64,000 nucleotides of DNA from Thermoanaerobaculia bacterium (GTDB taxonomy: Bacteria; Acidobacteriota; Thermoanaerobaculia; Multivoradales; UBA5704). The notes beneath the pieces were generated by a model, which was given only the letters and a program-made list of their open reading frames with translations, did not search any database and was not told the DNA's origin. Shown piece after piece: positions 48,516 through 60,299 of the stretch. The stretch lies in assembly GCA_044226625.1 (NCBI GenBank), contig JBGAGQ010000016.1, positions 1 through 64,000 on the forward strand, written 5' to 3'. Every line of letters starts with the position of its first letter. The first letter of the stretch is position 1. The position numbers and the translations under genes were made by a program.

Positions 48516-49694
48516 TTATAGACGACTTGTCGCCTTCCGGGCGGCCCCCTGCATTCGATCCGCCCTCCCATCGTCGGCCCAGGGCTCGCTCAGGAACGGG
48601 GCGAGCTCCGCCTCGATTTCGGCGGTCTCGATCCGAGGCTCGATCCACCCGTGCCCCAGGCGATCCATGAGAACCCAGGCGAGGCCCCCCTCCACCGCCT
48701 TCTTATCGCGCGCCATGAGCGCGAGCAGCTCCCGGGGCGGCAGTGGCGGCAGCGGCGGCAGATCGAGCCGTGCGAGCAGGGCGCGGAGCCGGCCGGCGTC
48801 CTCGGCAGGGAGGCCGCGCGCTTCCGACAGCCGCAACGCGAAGAGGATGCCGTAGGCGACCGCCTCGCCGTGGCGCAGGGCCGAGAAGCCGAGCGCCGCC
48901 TCGATCGCGTGACCCAGGGTATGGCCGAAATTGAGCAGCCGGCGGTCCCCCTCCTCGGCCGGATCGCGCTCCACCACCGCGACCTTCGCCGCCGCGGCCG
49001 CCGCGACCACGGGACCGAGCGGCTCCGGACGGCCGGCGAGCAGGTCGGGCAAGCGGCTCTCGATCTGGGTCAGGAGATCGAGATCGAGCGTCGCACCCAT
49101 CTTGATCGCCTCGACCAGACCCGAGCGCAGCTCGGCGCGCGGCAGGGTCTGAAGCAAATCCGTGTCGGCGATCACCCGCTCCGGGTGGTGGAACAGGCCG
49201 ACCAGATTCTTGCCCTCCGGCAGGTCGATCCCCGTCTTGCCGCCGATCGACGCGTCGACCTGGGCGAGCAGCGTAGTCGGCAGCTGCGCGAAGTCGAGCC
49301 CACGCAGGAAACAGCCGGCCGCGAAACCCGCGAGGTCGCCGACGCTGCCGCCGCCGAACGCGAGCACGCGGCTGTCCCGCTTGCCTCCGGCAAGCGCCAT
49401 GCGGCGCCACAGGCCGTCCAGCACCTCGGTGGATTTGGCCGCTTCGCCGTCGGGGATCTCGAGCACCTCGCAGCGCCGCGCCCGGCCGCAGAGGGGCCCG
49501 AGGCGATGGCCGTGCAGCTCCAACAACGGGCGGCTGGAGACCAGGAAGACGGTCCGCCCTTCGACGAACGGCGCCGCGGACTCGGCCGCTTCGAGCAGCG
49601 CCCCGGGTCCGATCGAGATCGCGGTGACGCCGGAGCCGCCGCGGCCGTGGGCGAGGGTGGATCGAACGATGCGGTTCATATCCGGCGCGCTCAC
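48516..49694 (-). CDS. aroB: 3-dehydroquinate synthase
   Basis: PDGEAAKS, FGGGSVGDLAGF, PTTLLAQVDASIGGKTG and LNFGHTLGHAIE. Start is GTG 49694 or ATG 49679. Confidence 0.95.
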   Translation of the reverse strand: MSAPDMNRIVRSTLAHGRGGSGVTAISIGPGALLEAAESAAPFVEGRTVFLVSSRPLLELHGHRLGPLCGRARRCEVLEIPDGEAAKSTEVLDGLWRRMALAGGKRDSRVLAFGGGSVGDLAGFAAGCFLRGLDFAQLPTTLLAQVDASIGGKTGIDLPEGKNLVGLFHHPERVIADTDLLQTLPRAELRSGLVEAIKMGATLDLDLLTQIESRLPDLLAGRPEPLGPVVAAAAAAKVAVVERDPAEEGDRRLLNFGHTLGHAIEAALGFSALRHGEAVAYGILFALRLSEARGLPAEDAGRLRALLARLDLPPLPPLPPRELLALMARDKKAVEGGLAWVLMDRLGHGWIEPRIETAEIEAELAPFLSEPWADDGRADRMQGAARKATSRL

Positions 49695-51067
49695 GGTTCG
49701 AACAGGCTCGCCGCCGAGCCGCCCTGTTTGACGTTGACCGGACCGCCGACGCGCGCCGGCTGCAGACGCAGGAACGTGCCGCCGAAGCGCCCGCCCAAGG
49801 CGAACGGCCCCCAGATCAGGTCGTGCGGCTCGACGCCGGTGGGAGAGAGAGCGAGAAAGCCGCGCGAAGGGACGTACTCCTGGACGATCCAGAGTCCCTT
49901 CTCGAGAGCCGTGTCGATCGCTTCCTTCCAGCGCTCCTCCGTGCTCACGCGGCCGACCACGACGTCCTGGCCGCCGAGCGAACGGCACGACTTGAGCACC
50001 AGGTCCTCGCGTCGCTCGGCGAGCAACTCGAGCAGGTCCCAGTCCCGGCCGTCGAAATGCACCTCGCGTCGCGCGACCAGCCGCGTCCAGGGGAGGTGCC
50101 GGCGAAGCAGCTCGCGCTCCTCGGGGGCGAACCGCTCGGATTCCTGGTTCTCCGACAGCAGGGCGAGGTTGTTCTTGCCCGCGAGGATCGAGCGGATCGG
50201 TCCGTTGAACAGCACCAGCTCCCCCGCCGCGGCGAGCGGATACGCGGCGGGATGCGTCCATTTCGGTGTCATCTCGAGCAGGCCGTGGATTCGCCGGCCG
50301 TCGGCATGGAGCGCTCCATCCTGCTCGTAGAGGTCCTCGATCAGGTTCAGATGGAGCCTGCCGGACGTCGGGACCTCGCGCTCCACGAGCGCTGCCTCGA
50401 ACTCGCTTTGGAACAGCTCCCCCAGCCCGTGCTCCAGTCTCTGAACGAGCAGCATCGAGAGATTGAGATAGCCCTCCCCGCCGAGGCCAAGACGCGCCGC
50501 CTCGTCGAGGAAATGGTGGAAGATCTCGCGCGTGGTGTTCCGTTGCGCGGTCCACGGGATCCCTTCGCGCTCGAAAAATGCCCGCAGCTCCGGCACGCGC
50601 TCGTACCGCTCGGCGCGGAATCTCGATTCGCCGCCGCCGATGCGGGCGCCGAAGTTGAACTCCAGGCATTTGAACCCCTGGTCCGACCAGACGAGATCGG
50701 CGCGGCCGAGGGCGGAATCAAGGCCGTTCGGCGGCTCGAGCAGGAGCTCGGCGAACAGCGGGTCGAGATCGTAATGGGCGGCGATCCGCTCCGGATCGTT
50801 GTCGAAGATGCGCTCCGGGATGAGGCGATGGAGCCGCGACAGCCCCATCGTCACCCGCTCGATCTCGGCCAGCGTCTCGGGACCGGCGAAGGACGGCCAC
50901 GGGTGGAGGAGTCCCGTGTAGTAGAGCACCGCGGGCTCTTTGAAGCCGCAGCTCATCAGGTAGTCGAGGTCGAGACACCGCGGGTTGGCCATCGCGTAAT
51001 CGCGAAAGCGGACGTCGACGGGCGAAAGCTCTGTGTGGTTTGCGAGCAGCTTGTCGGTCCAGGCCAT
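49691..51067 (-). CDS. Circularly permuted ATP-grasp / glutathionylspermidine-synthase-like ligase (paralog 2)
   Basis: RADLV...KCLEFN, KNNLALL, LPWTRLV, REDLVLKS...GGQDVVVG and WIVQEYV. Confidence 0.75.
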   Translation of the reverse strand: MAWTDKLLANHTELSPVDVRFRDYAMANPRCLDLDYLMSCGFKEPAVLYYTGLLHPWPSFAGPETLAEIERVTMGLSRLHRLIPERIFDNDPERIAAHYDLDPLFAELLLEPPNGLDSALGRADLVWSDQGFKCLEFNFGARIGGGESRFRAERYERVPELRAFFEREGIPWTAQRNTTREIFHHFLDEAARLGLGGEGYLNLSMLLVQRLEHGLGELFQSEFEAALVEREVPTSGRLHLNLIEDLYEQDGALHADGRRIHGLLEMTPKWTHPAAYPLAAAGELVLFNGPIRSILAGKNNLALLSENQESERFAPEERELLRRHLPWTRLVARREVHFDGRDWDLLELLAERREDLVLKSCRSLGGQDVVVGRVSTEERWKEAIDTALEKGLWIVQEYVPSRGFLALSPTGVEPHDLIWGPFALGGRFGGTFLRLQPARVGGPVNVKQGGSAASLFEP

Positions 51068-51078
51068 CGGAGCCCCTC

Positions 51079-52452
51079 TCAAACCTCGTACATGCTCGAG
51101 GCCGATCCGAGCTGGCTGACGTTGATCGCGCCGCCGACGCGGCTCGGCTGGAGACGCAGGAAGTTGCCGCCGAAACGCTTGCCGAACGCGAACGGCCCCC
51201 AGATCAGATCGTGCGGCTCGACTCCGCGATCGGACAGCGCCAGGTAGCGCTTCGACTCGACGAAGCGCTGGGCGATCCAGAGCCCGCTCGCAAACGCCTT
51301 CTCGATCGTTGCGCGCCACTCCTCCGGCGAACAGGACCGGCCGATCGCGACGTCCTTGCCGCCGATCGATCGGCTCGACTTGAGCACCAGGTCGGCTTGG
51401 CGCTCGACGAGCAGCTCCGCCATGTCCCAGCTCTTGCCGTCGAGCTCGACCTCGGTTCGTTCGACCATCCGCGTCCAGGGCAGGTGGGCTCGAAGCAACG
51501 CGCGCTCCTCCGGCGTGAAGCGGTCGCTCTCCTGGTGCTCCGACAGGAGCGCCAGGTTTTGCTTGCCGGCGAGGATCGAATGGATCGGCCCGTTGAACAG
51601 CACCAGCTCCCCCGCCGCGGCGAGCGGGTAGGCGGCCGGATGGGTCCCTTGGACCGTCATCTCGACCAGCCCGTGGATGCGCAGGTCGTCGAGCCGCAGG
51701 ACGCCGCCGACCTCGCGTAGCTCGTGGGTACGGCAGACGTACAGCCGGCCGGACAGCGGCAGCAGGGAATCGCGGATCGCGGCGTCGTACTCGACCCGGA
51801 AGCGTTCGTCCATTCCGAACAACACATCCCAGTCGACCAGGAGAGCGAGGTTGAGCGTCCCTTCGCGGCCGAGCCCGAGGCGCAGCGCCTCCTCGAAGAA
51901 ATGCGCGTACATCTCGCGCACCGGGTCGAGGTTCGCCCAAGCGATCCCCTCGCGAGCGAAGAATTCCCGCAGCTCGGGCACCTGCTGGTACATCTCGGTG
52001 CGATACCCCGCCTCGGTGCCGCCCAGCCGCGAGCCGAAGTTGAACTCCAGGCACTGCAGCCCTTCCTCGCCCCATACCAGGTCGGCGCGCGACAGCGCGG
52101 AGTCGAGCCCGTTGGGCGGCTCGATCAGCAGCTCGGCGAACAGCGGGTCGAGGTCGTAGTACTCCGCGATCCGCTCCGGGTCGTTGTCGAAGATCCGCTC
52201 CGGGATCAGCCGGTGTAGGCGCGACAGCTCCATCGTCACCCGCTCGAGCTCGGCGCGCGCTTTCGAGCCGACGAAGAAGGGCCAGGGATGGAGGCCGCCG
52301 GTGTAGAAGATCGACTCCGGCTCTTCGAAGCCGAAGCCGCGCAGATACGGCAGGTCGCAGCACTTCGGGTTCGCCAGGGCGAACTCGCGGAAGCGGACGT
52401 CGACCTCGGACAGATCGGAGTGGTTGGTTCGGAGCTCGTCGGTCCAGGCCAT
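51079..52452 (-). CDS. Circularly permuted ATP-grasp / glutathionylspermidine-synthase-like ligase (paralog 1)
   Basis: RADLV...QCLEFN, KQNLALL, LPWTRMV, DLVLKS...GGKDVAIG and WIAQRFV. Confidence 0.75.
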   Translation of the reverse strand: MAWTDELRTNHSDLSEVDVRFREFALANPKCCDLPYLRGFGFEEPESIFYTGGLHPWPFFVGSKARAELERVTMELSRLHRLIPERIFDNDPERIAEYYDLDPLFAELLIEPPNGLDSALSRADLVWGEEGLQCLEFNFGSRLGGTEAGYRTEMYQQVPELREFFAREGIAWANLDPVREMYAHFFEEALRLGLGREGTLNLALLVDWDVLFGMDERFRVEYDAAIRDSLLPLSGRLYVCRTHELREVGGVLRLDDLRIHGLVEMTVQGTHPAAYPLAAAGELVLFNGPIHSILAGKQNLALLSEHQESDRFTPEERALLRAHLPWTRMVERTEVELDGKSWDMAELLVERQADLVLKSSRSIGGKDVAIGRSCSPEEWRATIEKAFASGLWIAQRFVESKRYLALSDRGVEPHDLIWGPFAFGKRFGGNFLRLQPSRVGGAINVSQLGSASSMYEV

Positions 52453-52461
52453 CGGGAGCCC

Positions 52462-54255
<1,794 letters not shown>

Positions 54256-54361
54256 CGTAGGGACCTTTCCATGGTCTGAGGCCGTCCGCCGCTTCGCTGC
54301 GCTGGGTTACGGTCGGACGCCATCGAAATGCGATTCGAAGAAAGTCTGTCGGGCTCCAATT

Positions 54362-54916
54362 TTACGCGTCGCCCACCGGGTCGAGCACGCTCGGGGTGGG
54401 CGTGAGCTCCAATCGATAGCGCTCCTTGAGCGCCGCGTAGCGCGCGGCGATGGCCCGGATCTCGTCGCGCTCGGCGTCCGAGAGCGACCGTACGGGCCGG
54501 GCGGGAATGCCGAGCGCGAGCATCCCCGAGGGGATCCGATGCCCGGGGGCCACCACGGCGCCCGCACCGATCTGCGCACCGCTCTCGACCACGGCGCCGT
54601 CGAGGACCCGCGCGCCGATGCCGATCAGAGCGCCGTCTTCGACCGTGCAGCCGTGGACGACCGCCTGGTGGCCGATCACGACATCGGCGCCGATCGACAG
54701 GGGGAACCGCTCCTGGGTCACGTGGAGCACCGCCCCGTCCTGGACGTTGGTGCGTGCGCCGACGCGGATCCAATGGACGTCGCCGCGCGCCACGGTGTGG
54801 AACCAGAACGAGACGTCGTCGCCCAGCTCCACGTCACCCGCCACGTGGGCCGACGGGGCGAGCCACACGCGCGCGCCGAGGCGCGGCCGGCGCCCCAGGA
54901 ACGAATGGATCGGCAT
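54362..54916 (-). CDS. Gamma carbonic anhydrase family protein
   Basis: ARGDV...TNVQDGAVLH...IGHQAVVHGC hexapeptide repeats. Confidence 0.93.
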   Translation of the reverse strand: MPIHSFLGRRPRLGARVWLAPSAHVAGDVELGDDVSFWFHTVARGDVHWIRVGARTNVQDGAVLHVTQERFPLSIGADVVIGHQAVVHGCTVEDGALIGIGARVLDGAVVESGAQIGAGAVVAPGHRIPSGMLALGIPARPVRSLSDAERDEIRAIAARYAALKERYRLELTPTPSVLDPVGDA

Positions 54917-54919
54917 GCG

Positions 54920-55528
54920 CTACCGGCCCGGCTTCGGGCTCGGCGCGGGCTTGGCCGCCGGGGCCGCGGGAGCCGGCACCGGCTGGGCCGAGAGCAGGAT
55001 ACGCTCGTAGAGCGCGCGCTGCTTCGGGAAGTCCGCCTGCTTCGCCTGGCCCACGAAGTCCACGCTGGTCTTCGGCAGCGGCAGCTTGAGCGTCAGGCTC
55101 GATCGCGCCTCGGCGTCCTTGCCGCGATCGACCTGCACCAACACGCCGCGCACCCCGTGCACGTCGCGCACGGCGACCACGTTCGCCTTCCAGGCGTCGT
55201 CCTTGGCGTCGTTCGCGCGGATCGCCGCCGCGACCGAATCGGGATCGGCGAGCGAGACGGTCGAAATCCGAACGTAGACGAAGCGCGGATCTTCATTCGG
55301 CTTGGCGTCCGCCGGTCCGATCCAAAGCCCCGGATCGTTCGGCACCTGGCGCGCGGTCCAGCCGTCGGGCACCTCGATCGTGTACGGGAACGGAAACTGC
55401 GGGCTCGCGCTCGGCAGGGTCAGGCGATGGAATTTGGCCGGCAGTCCGTCGGCCGCCGTAGCGTTCGAAGCCAGCGCGCACAGGCTCAAACCGGCACAGA
55501 GTAGGAAGGCGGAGGAAACGCGAGACAT
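54920..55528 (-). CDS. Secreted hypothetical protein (PsbP-like fold possible)
   Basis: Signal peptide, YTIEVPDGW, C-terminal YERILLSAQ and a Pro/Ala tail; GAGGAG RBS. Confidence 0.65.
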   Translation of the reverse strand: MSRVSSAFLLCAGLSLCALASNATAADGLPAKFHRLTLPSASPQFPFPYTIEVPDGWTARQVPNDPGLWIGPADAKPNEDPRFVYVRISTVSLADPDSVAAAIRANDAKDDAWKANVVAVRDVHGVRGVLVQVDRGKDAEARSSLTLKLPLPKTSVDFVGQAKQADFPKQRALYERILLSAQPVPAPAAPAAKPAPSPKPGR

Positions 55529-55750
55529 GAAGCTCCTCGTTGGGCCTGGGGGCGGATACGTCCGAAATCGAATCGTCCGGCGCCCGCCCCGACCGGGCCG
55601 GGTGTTCCGCGGCCGGAAGGGATCCCGCGGCTCGCGCGAGCATGGCATAAAATCCGGCGCCGTCCAACGCGGCCGGCGTCAGCGCGCGGGGCTCCGAGCA
55701 GCCGGCGCGCGGCCCCAGCCCGGCCCGCGGCGCCATCGAGAACCCACCCG

Positions 55751-56476
55751 ATGAATCTCCCTGCCGCGATCGACGTCGTCATCCCCGCGCTCAACGAAGA
55801 GAAATCGCTGCCGCGGGTGCTCGCCGCCATTCCACGCCCCCCCGTCCGGCGAGTGGTCGTCGCCGACAACGGCTCCGTCGATCGTACTGCCGCCGTCGCC
55901 GCCGAGGGTGGCGCGATCGTCGTGCCGGCGGTGCGCCGCGGTTACGGCAGCGCCTGCCTGGCGGCGCTCGGCCATCTGAGATCCCACGAACCACCGGACG
56001 TCGTGGTCTTCCTCGACGCCGACTACTCGGACCATCCCGAGGAGCTGCCGGACGTCGTCGCCCCGATTCTCGCCGGACGGGCCGACGTGGTGATCGGCTC
56101 GCGCATCCTCGGCCGGCGCGAGAAAGGGGCCCTTCTCCCCCAGGCGCGCGCCGGCAACCTCGTCGCTTGCTGGATGATCCGCCTGCTCTACGGCCACCGA
56201 TACACCGACCTCGGACCGTTCCGCGCCGCGCGCTGGGACGCGCTCGAGCGGGTCGCGATGTCCGATCCGAACTTCGGCTGGACCGCCGAGCTGCAGGTCA
56301 AAGCGCTGCGCGCGGGCCTCCGCGTCGTCGAGGTGCCGGTCTCCTACCGCAAGCGCGTCGGCGTCTCGAAGATCACCGGCACCCTGCGAGGGACGATCGG
56401 CGCCGGTGCGAAAATCCTCTGGACCGTCCTCCGCTACAGCCGAGGTCCGTTGGGGCCTCCCCGGCCATCACCATAG
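55751..56476 (+). CDS. Glycosyltransferase family 2
   Basis: VIPALNEE, ADNGSVD, RGYGSAC, FLDAD and TDLGPFRA. Confidence 0.93.
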   Translation: MNLPAAIDVVIPALNEEKSLPRVLAAIPRPPVRRVVVADNGSVDRTAAVAAEGGAIVVPAVRRGYGSACLAALGHLRSHEPPDVVVFLDADYSDHPEELPDVVAPILAGRADVVIGSRILGRREKGALLPQARAGNLVACWMIRLLYGHRYTDLGPFRAARWDALERVAMSDPNFGWTAELQVKALRAGLRVVEVPVSYRKRVGVSKITGTLRGTIGAGAKILWTVLRYSRGPLGPPRPSP

Positions 56477-56542
56477 CTTCTCTCGAGACCGCTCCCGATA
56501 AACTCTCCCCGCTCGGCGCCGTCCGCCCCGGAGATCCACCGC

Positions 56543-56971
56543 ATGCCCGAACCCGTCCGCTCCACGATCGACGTCGAGGTCCGCTATGCCGAGACCGACC
56601 AGATGGGCGTCGTCCACCACGCCAACTACATCATCTGGTTCGAGCTCGCCCGCACCCGGATCTGCGAAATGTCCGGCTTCCATTACGCCGAGATCGAGCG
56701 GATGGGCTACTTGCTGATGGTCACCGGCGTCTCGGCCCGCTATCGCCGCTCGGCCCGTTACGGCGACACGGTGCAGGTCACCTGCTGGGGCGAGCATCTC
56801 GGAAGCCGCGGCATCCGTTTCGCGTACGAGGTCCACAAGGGGACGGAGCTGTTGGTCACCGGCACCTCCGAGCACGTCTGGATCGACAAGGCGACCGCCC
56901 GCCCGTGCCGCATGCCGGAGGCGTTCCGGGAATCGTTCGAGCGCCTCGCGGGCAAGCTCGCGGCCGAATAA
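56543..56971 (+). CDS. Acyl-CoA thioesterase (YbgC/4HBT family)
   Basis: VRYAETDQMGVVHHANY. Confidence 0.93.
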   Translation: MPEPVRSTIDVEVRYAETDQMGVVHHANYIIWFELARTRICEMSGFHYAEIERMGYLLMVTGVSARYRRSARYGDTVQVTCWGEHLGSRGIRFAYEVHKGTELLVTGTSEHVWIDKATARPCRMPEAFRESFERLAGKLAAE

Positions 56972-57024
56972 ATAACGGAATCGTCGACCGAAGCCCGGCT
57001 CCCCCGCCGGAGGACTCGGGCCGG

Positions 57025-58752
57025 TCACGGCGCCGAGGAGAGGCGTCCCATCTCCTCGAGGAGCAACCCCTCGCGCAGGCGCGCCTCCGCGTCGTCGGGG
57101 TCGAGCTCGATCGCCCGGCGGATCGCCGCGAGCGCTCCGGTTCGATCGCCCCGCTCGCGCAACAGCACCGCCTTGTGGCCCCAGAGCACTGGATCGGCGG
57201 CGAAGCGCGCGAGCGCCTCGTCGAGCGTCCTCATCGCTCCGTCGAGGTCTCCCAGGCGCGCCCGCGCGACGACCAGGTTGCGCCAGGCCGGCAAGTAGCC
57301 GGGGTTGCGCGCCACCAGCTCGGCGAGCTCGGCGGCCCCCGCCGCCACCTCGCCTCGCCGCAGCGCGAGCAGGGCGCGACGGAGGCGCGGCAACTGCGCT
57401 TGCGGATCGAGCTCGATCGCGCGCTCGAGCCCCTCGCCCGCGCCCGCGAGGTCGCCCTTCTCCGCAAGGAGGCGGGAGCGCTCGGTCCAGGCCGAAGAGC
57501 TGCCGGGATCGGCGCGGATCGCCGTCTCCCAGAACCTCTCCTCGTCGGCGAAAGGCCGTTGGGCCGCGAGGGTAAGCGCCGCGAAGAGGGCGATCGACGC
57601 GCCCCAGATGGCGACCCGCAACGTGCGTCTCCCCTCTTCGAGCGGCAACAGGAGCGCGAGCAGCCAGCCGAGAGCCAGGCTCGGCAGCAGCAGGTAGCGA
57701 TCCATCACCATCCACTCGGGGTTCACCGCCCAGATCGCGAGGACCGGCGCGATCCAGGCCGCCGCCCAGAGCAGGGGCCGCGCGATCCGTCGACGCCGGC
57801 GCGCGGCGAGGATCGCCAGGACGACGAGCACGACGAGCGCCGCGGTCGAGAGCAGCACCTCCGGCGCGAGCCACGAGCGCGCCGGCCGCGCCGGATGGAG
57901 CAAGAAGAGATCGACCGGCACCAGGAGGTCGCGAAGGTAAGCGACGAGCGCGATCGGCACGCTCGCGAGCGCGAGAGGCAGCGGAGGCGCGGTCGGGAAA
58001 CGGTGCGCCACACCGCCGAGCACCTCGGCGCGATAGGCGAGATAGCCCGCCGTGACGAGGGCGAGGACGATCCATTCGGCCCAGGGCCGCCGTGCCGTTT
58101 CCCGGTCTCGCGGCGCGCCGGTCACCGCTTCGAAGCCGGCGAACAGGAGAAGCCCGATCGCCGGCTCTTTGGCGAGCAGGGCGAGCGCGTAGGCGAGAGC
58201 GAGGACCGCCCAGCCGTACGCCGCGGGCCTCTCCCGCTCCACCGAAGCGCGATAGGCGAGGTAGGCGACGAGGCTCGTGACACCGAACAGGAGGTCTTGG
58301 AGACCCGAGACCCAGGCGGCGCTCTGCGCGTGGGCCGGGTGGAGGGAGAACAGCAGGGAGCCGGCGAGCGCCGAGGCGAGGCCGATCCCTTCCCTGCGCA
58401 GCAGGACGAAGGCGAGGCCGCCGAGCACGGCGTGCAGGGCCACCGCCGCCGCGTGCCAGCCGACCGGCGACGCGCCGAGCAGGCGATGGAGCCCCGCGGC
58501 GAGCACCAGGAAGAGCGGGCGGAGGTAGTTGGTGGTGGGCGCCTCGCTCGTCCGGGCGCGCGGATCGAGGTCGGTGGTGAACAGCTCGGCGACGCTCCGC
58601 GGAGAGCGGACCACCGGATTTTCGATCAGCAGCGGCCGGTCGTCGAAGACGAAGCCGTAGCGCAACGTCGGCAGATAGAGCGCCGCCGGGACGAGCGTCG
58701 CGACGAGGAGGACGAGCAGCCACGCCCTCCTGGACAGCTCACGCGGCGGCAC
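57025..58752 (-). CDS. TMTC-like GT-C membrane protein with C-terminal TPRs
   Basis: GFVFDD, YLRPL, LHP, LAKE and DRYLLLP motifs, then TPR helices. Confidence 0.82.
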   Translation of the reverse strand: MPPRELSRRAWLLVLLVATLVPAALYLPTLRYGFVFDDRPLLIENPVVRSPRSVAELFTTDLDPRARTSEAPTTNYLRPLFLVLAAGLHRLLGASPVGWHAAAVALHAVLGGLAFVLLRREGIGLASALAGSLLFSLHPAHAQSAAWVSGLQDLLFGVTSLVAYLAYRASVERERPAAYGWAVLALAYALALLAKEPAIGLLLFAGFEAVTGAPRDRETARRPWAEWIVLALVTAGYLAYRAEVLGGVAHRFPTAPPLPLALASVPIALVAYLRDLLVPVDLFLLHPARPARSWLAPEVLLSTAALVVLVVLAILAARRRRRIARPLLWAAAWIAPVLAIWAVNPEWMVMDRYLLLPSLALGWLLALLLPLEEGRRTLRVAIWGASIALFAALTLAAQRPFADEERFWETAIRADPGSSSAWTERSRLLAEKGDLAGAGEGLERAIELDPQAQLPRLRRALLALRRGEVAAGAAELAELVARNPGYLPAWRNLVVARARLGDLDGAMRTLDEALARFAADPVLWGHKAVLLRERGDRTGALAAIRRAIELDPDDAEARLREGLLLEEMGRLSSAP

Positions 58753-58762
58753 GGCCGGCGAC

Positions 58763-60214
58763 CTACTCGCGCTCGGGCAGCGGCGGCGCCGGTCGGGTCT
58801 CGAGATCGGAAGCGGCCACGCCGTAGATCACCGCGCTCCAGACCGCGACGACCTGATCGAGATCCTTCGGGTCGATCTTGTCGATCGTGTCGTTGGCGCT
58901 GTGGTGCAGGTCGAAATACGTGGTCCCGTCCTGGTCGAACGAAATCACCGGCACCTCGCCGGCACTCATCGGCGACAGGTCGGCGCCCCCTCCCGCGTCG
59001 TTCGTCGGATCGGCGACGACGCCGAGGGGCGCTACGGTCTCGGCGATCCGCAGGAACGCCGGCACGGCGCTCTGCGCGACGCGCGACTTGACCCGATAGA
59101 CCTTGCCCGAGCCGAAATCGGCCTCCGCCGCCGCGACGTGCCGGGGCAGCTCGGCCGCGTGCGCCTCGGCGTAGGCGCGGCCGCCCGAGAGGCCGAACTC
59201 CTCGTTGGCGAACAGGACGACACGGATCGTCCGCCGCGGCCGCTCCGCCGCGGGCAGGGCGCCGATCCGGCGCGCGGTCTCGGTCACGATCGCGCATCCC
59301 GCTCCGTCGTCGATCGCGCCGGTGCCGAGATCCCACGAGTCGAGGTGGGCGCCGAGGACGATGATCTGCTCCTCCGGCGTCCCCGCGGCGCGGCCGGGGA
59401 TCTCGCCGATCACGTTCGCCGACTTGGCGTTCGGAAAGCGCTTCGTCTCGAGCTCCAGCCGGAACCGGACCGGCTGGCCCGAAGCGAGCTCGGCTTCGAG
59501 CAGGTCGGAGTCGGGGGCCGAGACCGCCGCGGCGGGCACCGTCGCCACCCCTTCGGCGAGGCGCATGGCGCCGGTGTGCGGCAAGCGGTTCGAGTCGGTG
59601 CCGACGGAACGGATCAGCAGGCCGACCGCCCCTTTCTTCGCCGCCTCGGCCGGTCCGGCGCCGCGGACGCCGACCGCCGGGCCGTAACCCGAGCCGTCGG
59701 GCTTCCGCTCCATCCGGTTCGAGACGAAAACGATCTTGCCCTTGGCCCTCGCGGGGTCGAGGTTTCGCAAGGCCTCGAGGTTCGCCACCCCGATCACCTC
59801 GGCCTCGAGCCCACCGCTCGGCGTCGGCTCGCTGCCTCCGAGCGCCGTCAAGGCGACCGTCTGAGGCCACGGGGCGAGGATCGAGCCGGCGTTCTTTCCC
59901 CGCTCCCAGTGCGGCACCTCGACGGGCTCGGCGCGCACGTTCTCGAAGCCGAGCGCCTTGAGCTTCTTGACCGCCCAATCGACCGCTCGAGCATCGCCGG
60001 CGGAGCCCGCCGAGCGCGGCCCTACTTCAAAGGTCAGGGAGCGGACGATCTCAAAGGCGCGGGTTCCCGCGAGCGCTTCGGAGCGAAGTTTGCCCGCGAC
60101 CGAAGCGATCTCCGGAGCGAGCGGCGGCGCCTCCTCCGCGCCGAGCGCGAGCCGCGCGGACGGCGAGATCGCGAGGAGCGCGAGGGCGATCGAGGCAGGG
60201 CGAAACATGGTCAT
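58763..60214 (-). CDS. M28-family peptidase (carboxypeptidase Q-like), secreted
   Basis: GAHLDSWD, GAIDDGAG, ANEEFG and YFDLHHSANDT. Confidence 0.92.
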   Translation of the reverse strand: MTMFRPASIALALLAISPSARLALGAEEAPPLAPEIASVAGKLRSEALAGTRAFEIVRSLTFEVGPRSAGSAGDARAVDWAVKKLKALGFENVRAEPVEVPHWERGKNAGSILAPWPQTVALTALGGSEPTPSGGLEAEVIGVANLEALRNLDPARAKGKIVFVSNRMERKPDGSGYGPAVGVRGAGPAEAAKKGAVGLLIRSVGTDSNRLPHTGAMRLAEGVATVPAAAVSAPDSDLLEAELASGQPVRFRLELETKRFPNAKSANVIGEIPGRAAGTPEEQIIVLGAHLDSWDLGTGAIDDGAGCAIVTETARRIGALPAAERPRRTIRVVLFANEEFGLSGGRAYAEAHAAELPRHVAAAEADFGSGKVYRVKSRVAQSAVPAFLRIAETVAPLGVVADPTNDAGGGADLSPMSAGEVPVISFDQDGTTYFDLHHSANDTIDKIDPKDLDQVVAVWSAVIYGVAASDLETRPAPPLPERE

Positions 60215-60299
60215 CGGGGACGATCCTCCTCGGGCGGTTCGAGAGACGGGCGGCGGCGAGGGAACGGATCGAGCGCCGCGACCAAGGGTTCAATCCGAG

